From the NCBI GenBank assembly GCA_934613415.1, contig CAKTSY010000002.1, positions 90,001 through 122,000 on the forward strand: DNA of 32,000 bases, written 5' to 3'. Below the pieces are notes generated by a model that did not search any database, was not told the origin of the DNA, and worked only from the letters and a program-made list of their open reading frames with translations. The position numbers were made by a program, and so were the translations under genes. The DNA is from an uncultured Opitutales bacterium. GTDB taxonomy: Bacteria > Verrucomicrobiota > Verrucomicrobiia > Opitutales > Intestinicryptomonadaceae. Position 1 is the stretch's first letter. Each line of letters begins with the position of its first letter. This document shows, piece after piece, positions 31,148-32,000 of this stretch.

Positions 31148-32000
31148 ATGAATATAAGAAAATACATATTGGCGTTTTCTATAACCGCTGTTGCAGCTCT
31201 TCTTTTTTCGGGCTGCAATAAGCAAAACAATGCGGCAATACAAAGACCCGCTCCCGAGGTAGACGTGGCTTTGCCCATAAAGAAATCCGTAGAGCTGTGG
31301 GACGAATATACCGCGCGCATAGACGGCGAACAGAGCGTTGAAATACGCGCCCGCGTAAGCGGCTATCTTGAAAAGAAATGCTTTAAAGACGGCGAATATG
31401 TAAAAAAAGGCCAAACGCTTTTTCTTATAGACGCAAGACCCTTTAAGGCGGTTGTCGCCGCTGCAAAAGCGTCGGTGCAAGAGGCCGAAAGCCGCGTTGT
31501 TTTAGCCGAAGGCAACTATGCAAGAGCGGCGGAATTGTTTAAGTCGAACGCAATTTCGAAGGAAGTGCTCGACACGCGAAATGCCGACTTGCTTATGTCG
31601 AAGGCGAATTTGTCGTTGGCAAAGGCAAACTTGGTAAAGGCGGAGTTAGACTTGGAATTTACAACAATAGTCTCGCCGGTTTCCGGCTATGTAAGCCGCA
31701 GATATGTCGACGAGGGCAATCTTATAAGCGCGTCGTCTACATTATTGGCAAAGGTTATTTCAAGGGATACCGTTTATGTATATTTTGAAGCCAGCGAAAG
31801 GGACGCAATTAAATACCTAAACGAGGGCACTTTCAACAATATGAAGAGCGAAAAAATACCCGTAAAGATAAAGCTTATGGGCGAAAAGGATTTCGGGCAC
31901 AAGGGCGTTTTAAGCTATGTGGGCAACTCTTTAAACACCCTTAATTTGGAATTGCGCGCCGACATAAACAATTCCGACAAAAAGCTTATGCCGGGCATGT
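31148..32000 (+). CDS. efflux RND transporter periplasmic adaptor subunit (MFP/HlyD family), 3'-truncated by the window edge
   Basis: Not in the ORF track because no stop is reached. I translated it by hand from ATG 31148, directly after the TetR TAA. The result is MNIRKYILAFSITAVAALLFSGC (lipobox)...SVEIRARVSGYLEKK...GQTLFLIDARPF...ELDLEFTTIVSPVSGYVSRR..., a typical AcrA/MexA-like layout. Confidence 0.9.
   Translation, partial: MNIRKYILAFSITAVAALLFSGCNKQNNAAIQRPAPEVDVALPIKKSVELWDEYTARIDGEQSVEIRARVSGYLEKKCFKDGEYVKKGQTLFLIDARPFKAVVAAAKASVQEAESRVVLAEGNYARAAELFKSNAISKEVLDTRNADLLMSKANLSLAKANLVKAELDLEFTTIVSPVSGYVSRRYVDEGNLISASSTLLAKVISRDTVYVYFEASERDAIKYLNEGTFNNMKSEKIPVKIKLMGEKDFGHKGVLSYVGNSLNTLNLELRADINNSDKKLMPGM

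Overview
This 32-kb window looks like the chromosome of an anaerobic, pectin-using bacterium that anchors surface proteins with PEP-CTERM tails. I guess a PVC-type lineage (Planctomycetes-Verrucomicrobia-Chlamydiae group) from Pmp-like GGA[ILV]/FxxN repeats combined with PEP-CTERM tails, but the window cannot prove this.

Most content is ordinary:
- a LysR regulator and a split ThrE-type exporter
- a DUF6064-like membrane protein
- a nitroreductase-DoxX-DUF4405-like cluster
- a short NAD(P) malic enzyme
- two GH28-type beta-helix hydrolases
- pflB-pflA plus a flavodoxin-like FMN reductase
- glnD and thiC
- a metallophosphoesterase
- a TetR regulator with the start of an RND adaptor gene

Accessory-looking content lies mainly between about 12.3 and 22.6 kb:
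- two PEP-CTERM surface proteins (1317 and 472 aa) with a shared 3' module
- an antisense orphan Gp37/Gp68 (DUF5131) three-Cys protein with an extra Cys-rich tail
- a membrane-anchored TerB-like/CbxX-type AAA+ ATPase
- a Nim-like PNPOx protein
- a decayed gene fragment beside tRNA-Gly(CCC)

A Gp49/HigB-like toxin with an XRE antitoxin sits at 27.4-28.0 kb.

I see no CRISPR array, transposase, integrase or rRNA. I do not see a convincing multi-gene novel system. The most concrete unusual observation is that the TA cassette is bracketed by an 18-nt perfect direct repeat that starts at the stop codons of thiC and of the antitoxin. That looks like an insertion scar in the thiC terminator. All family calls come from motif recognition by eye, because no searches could be run.
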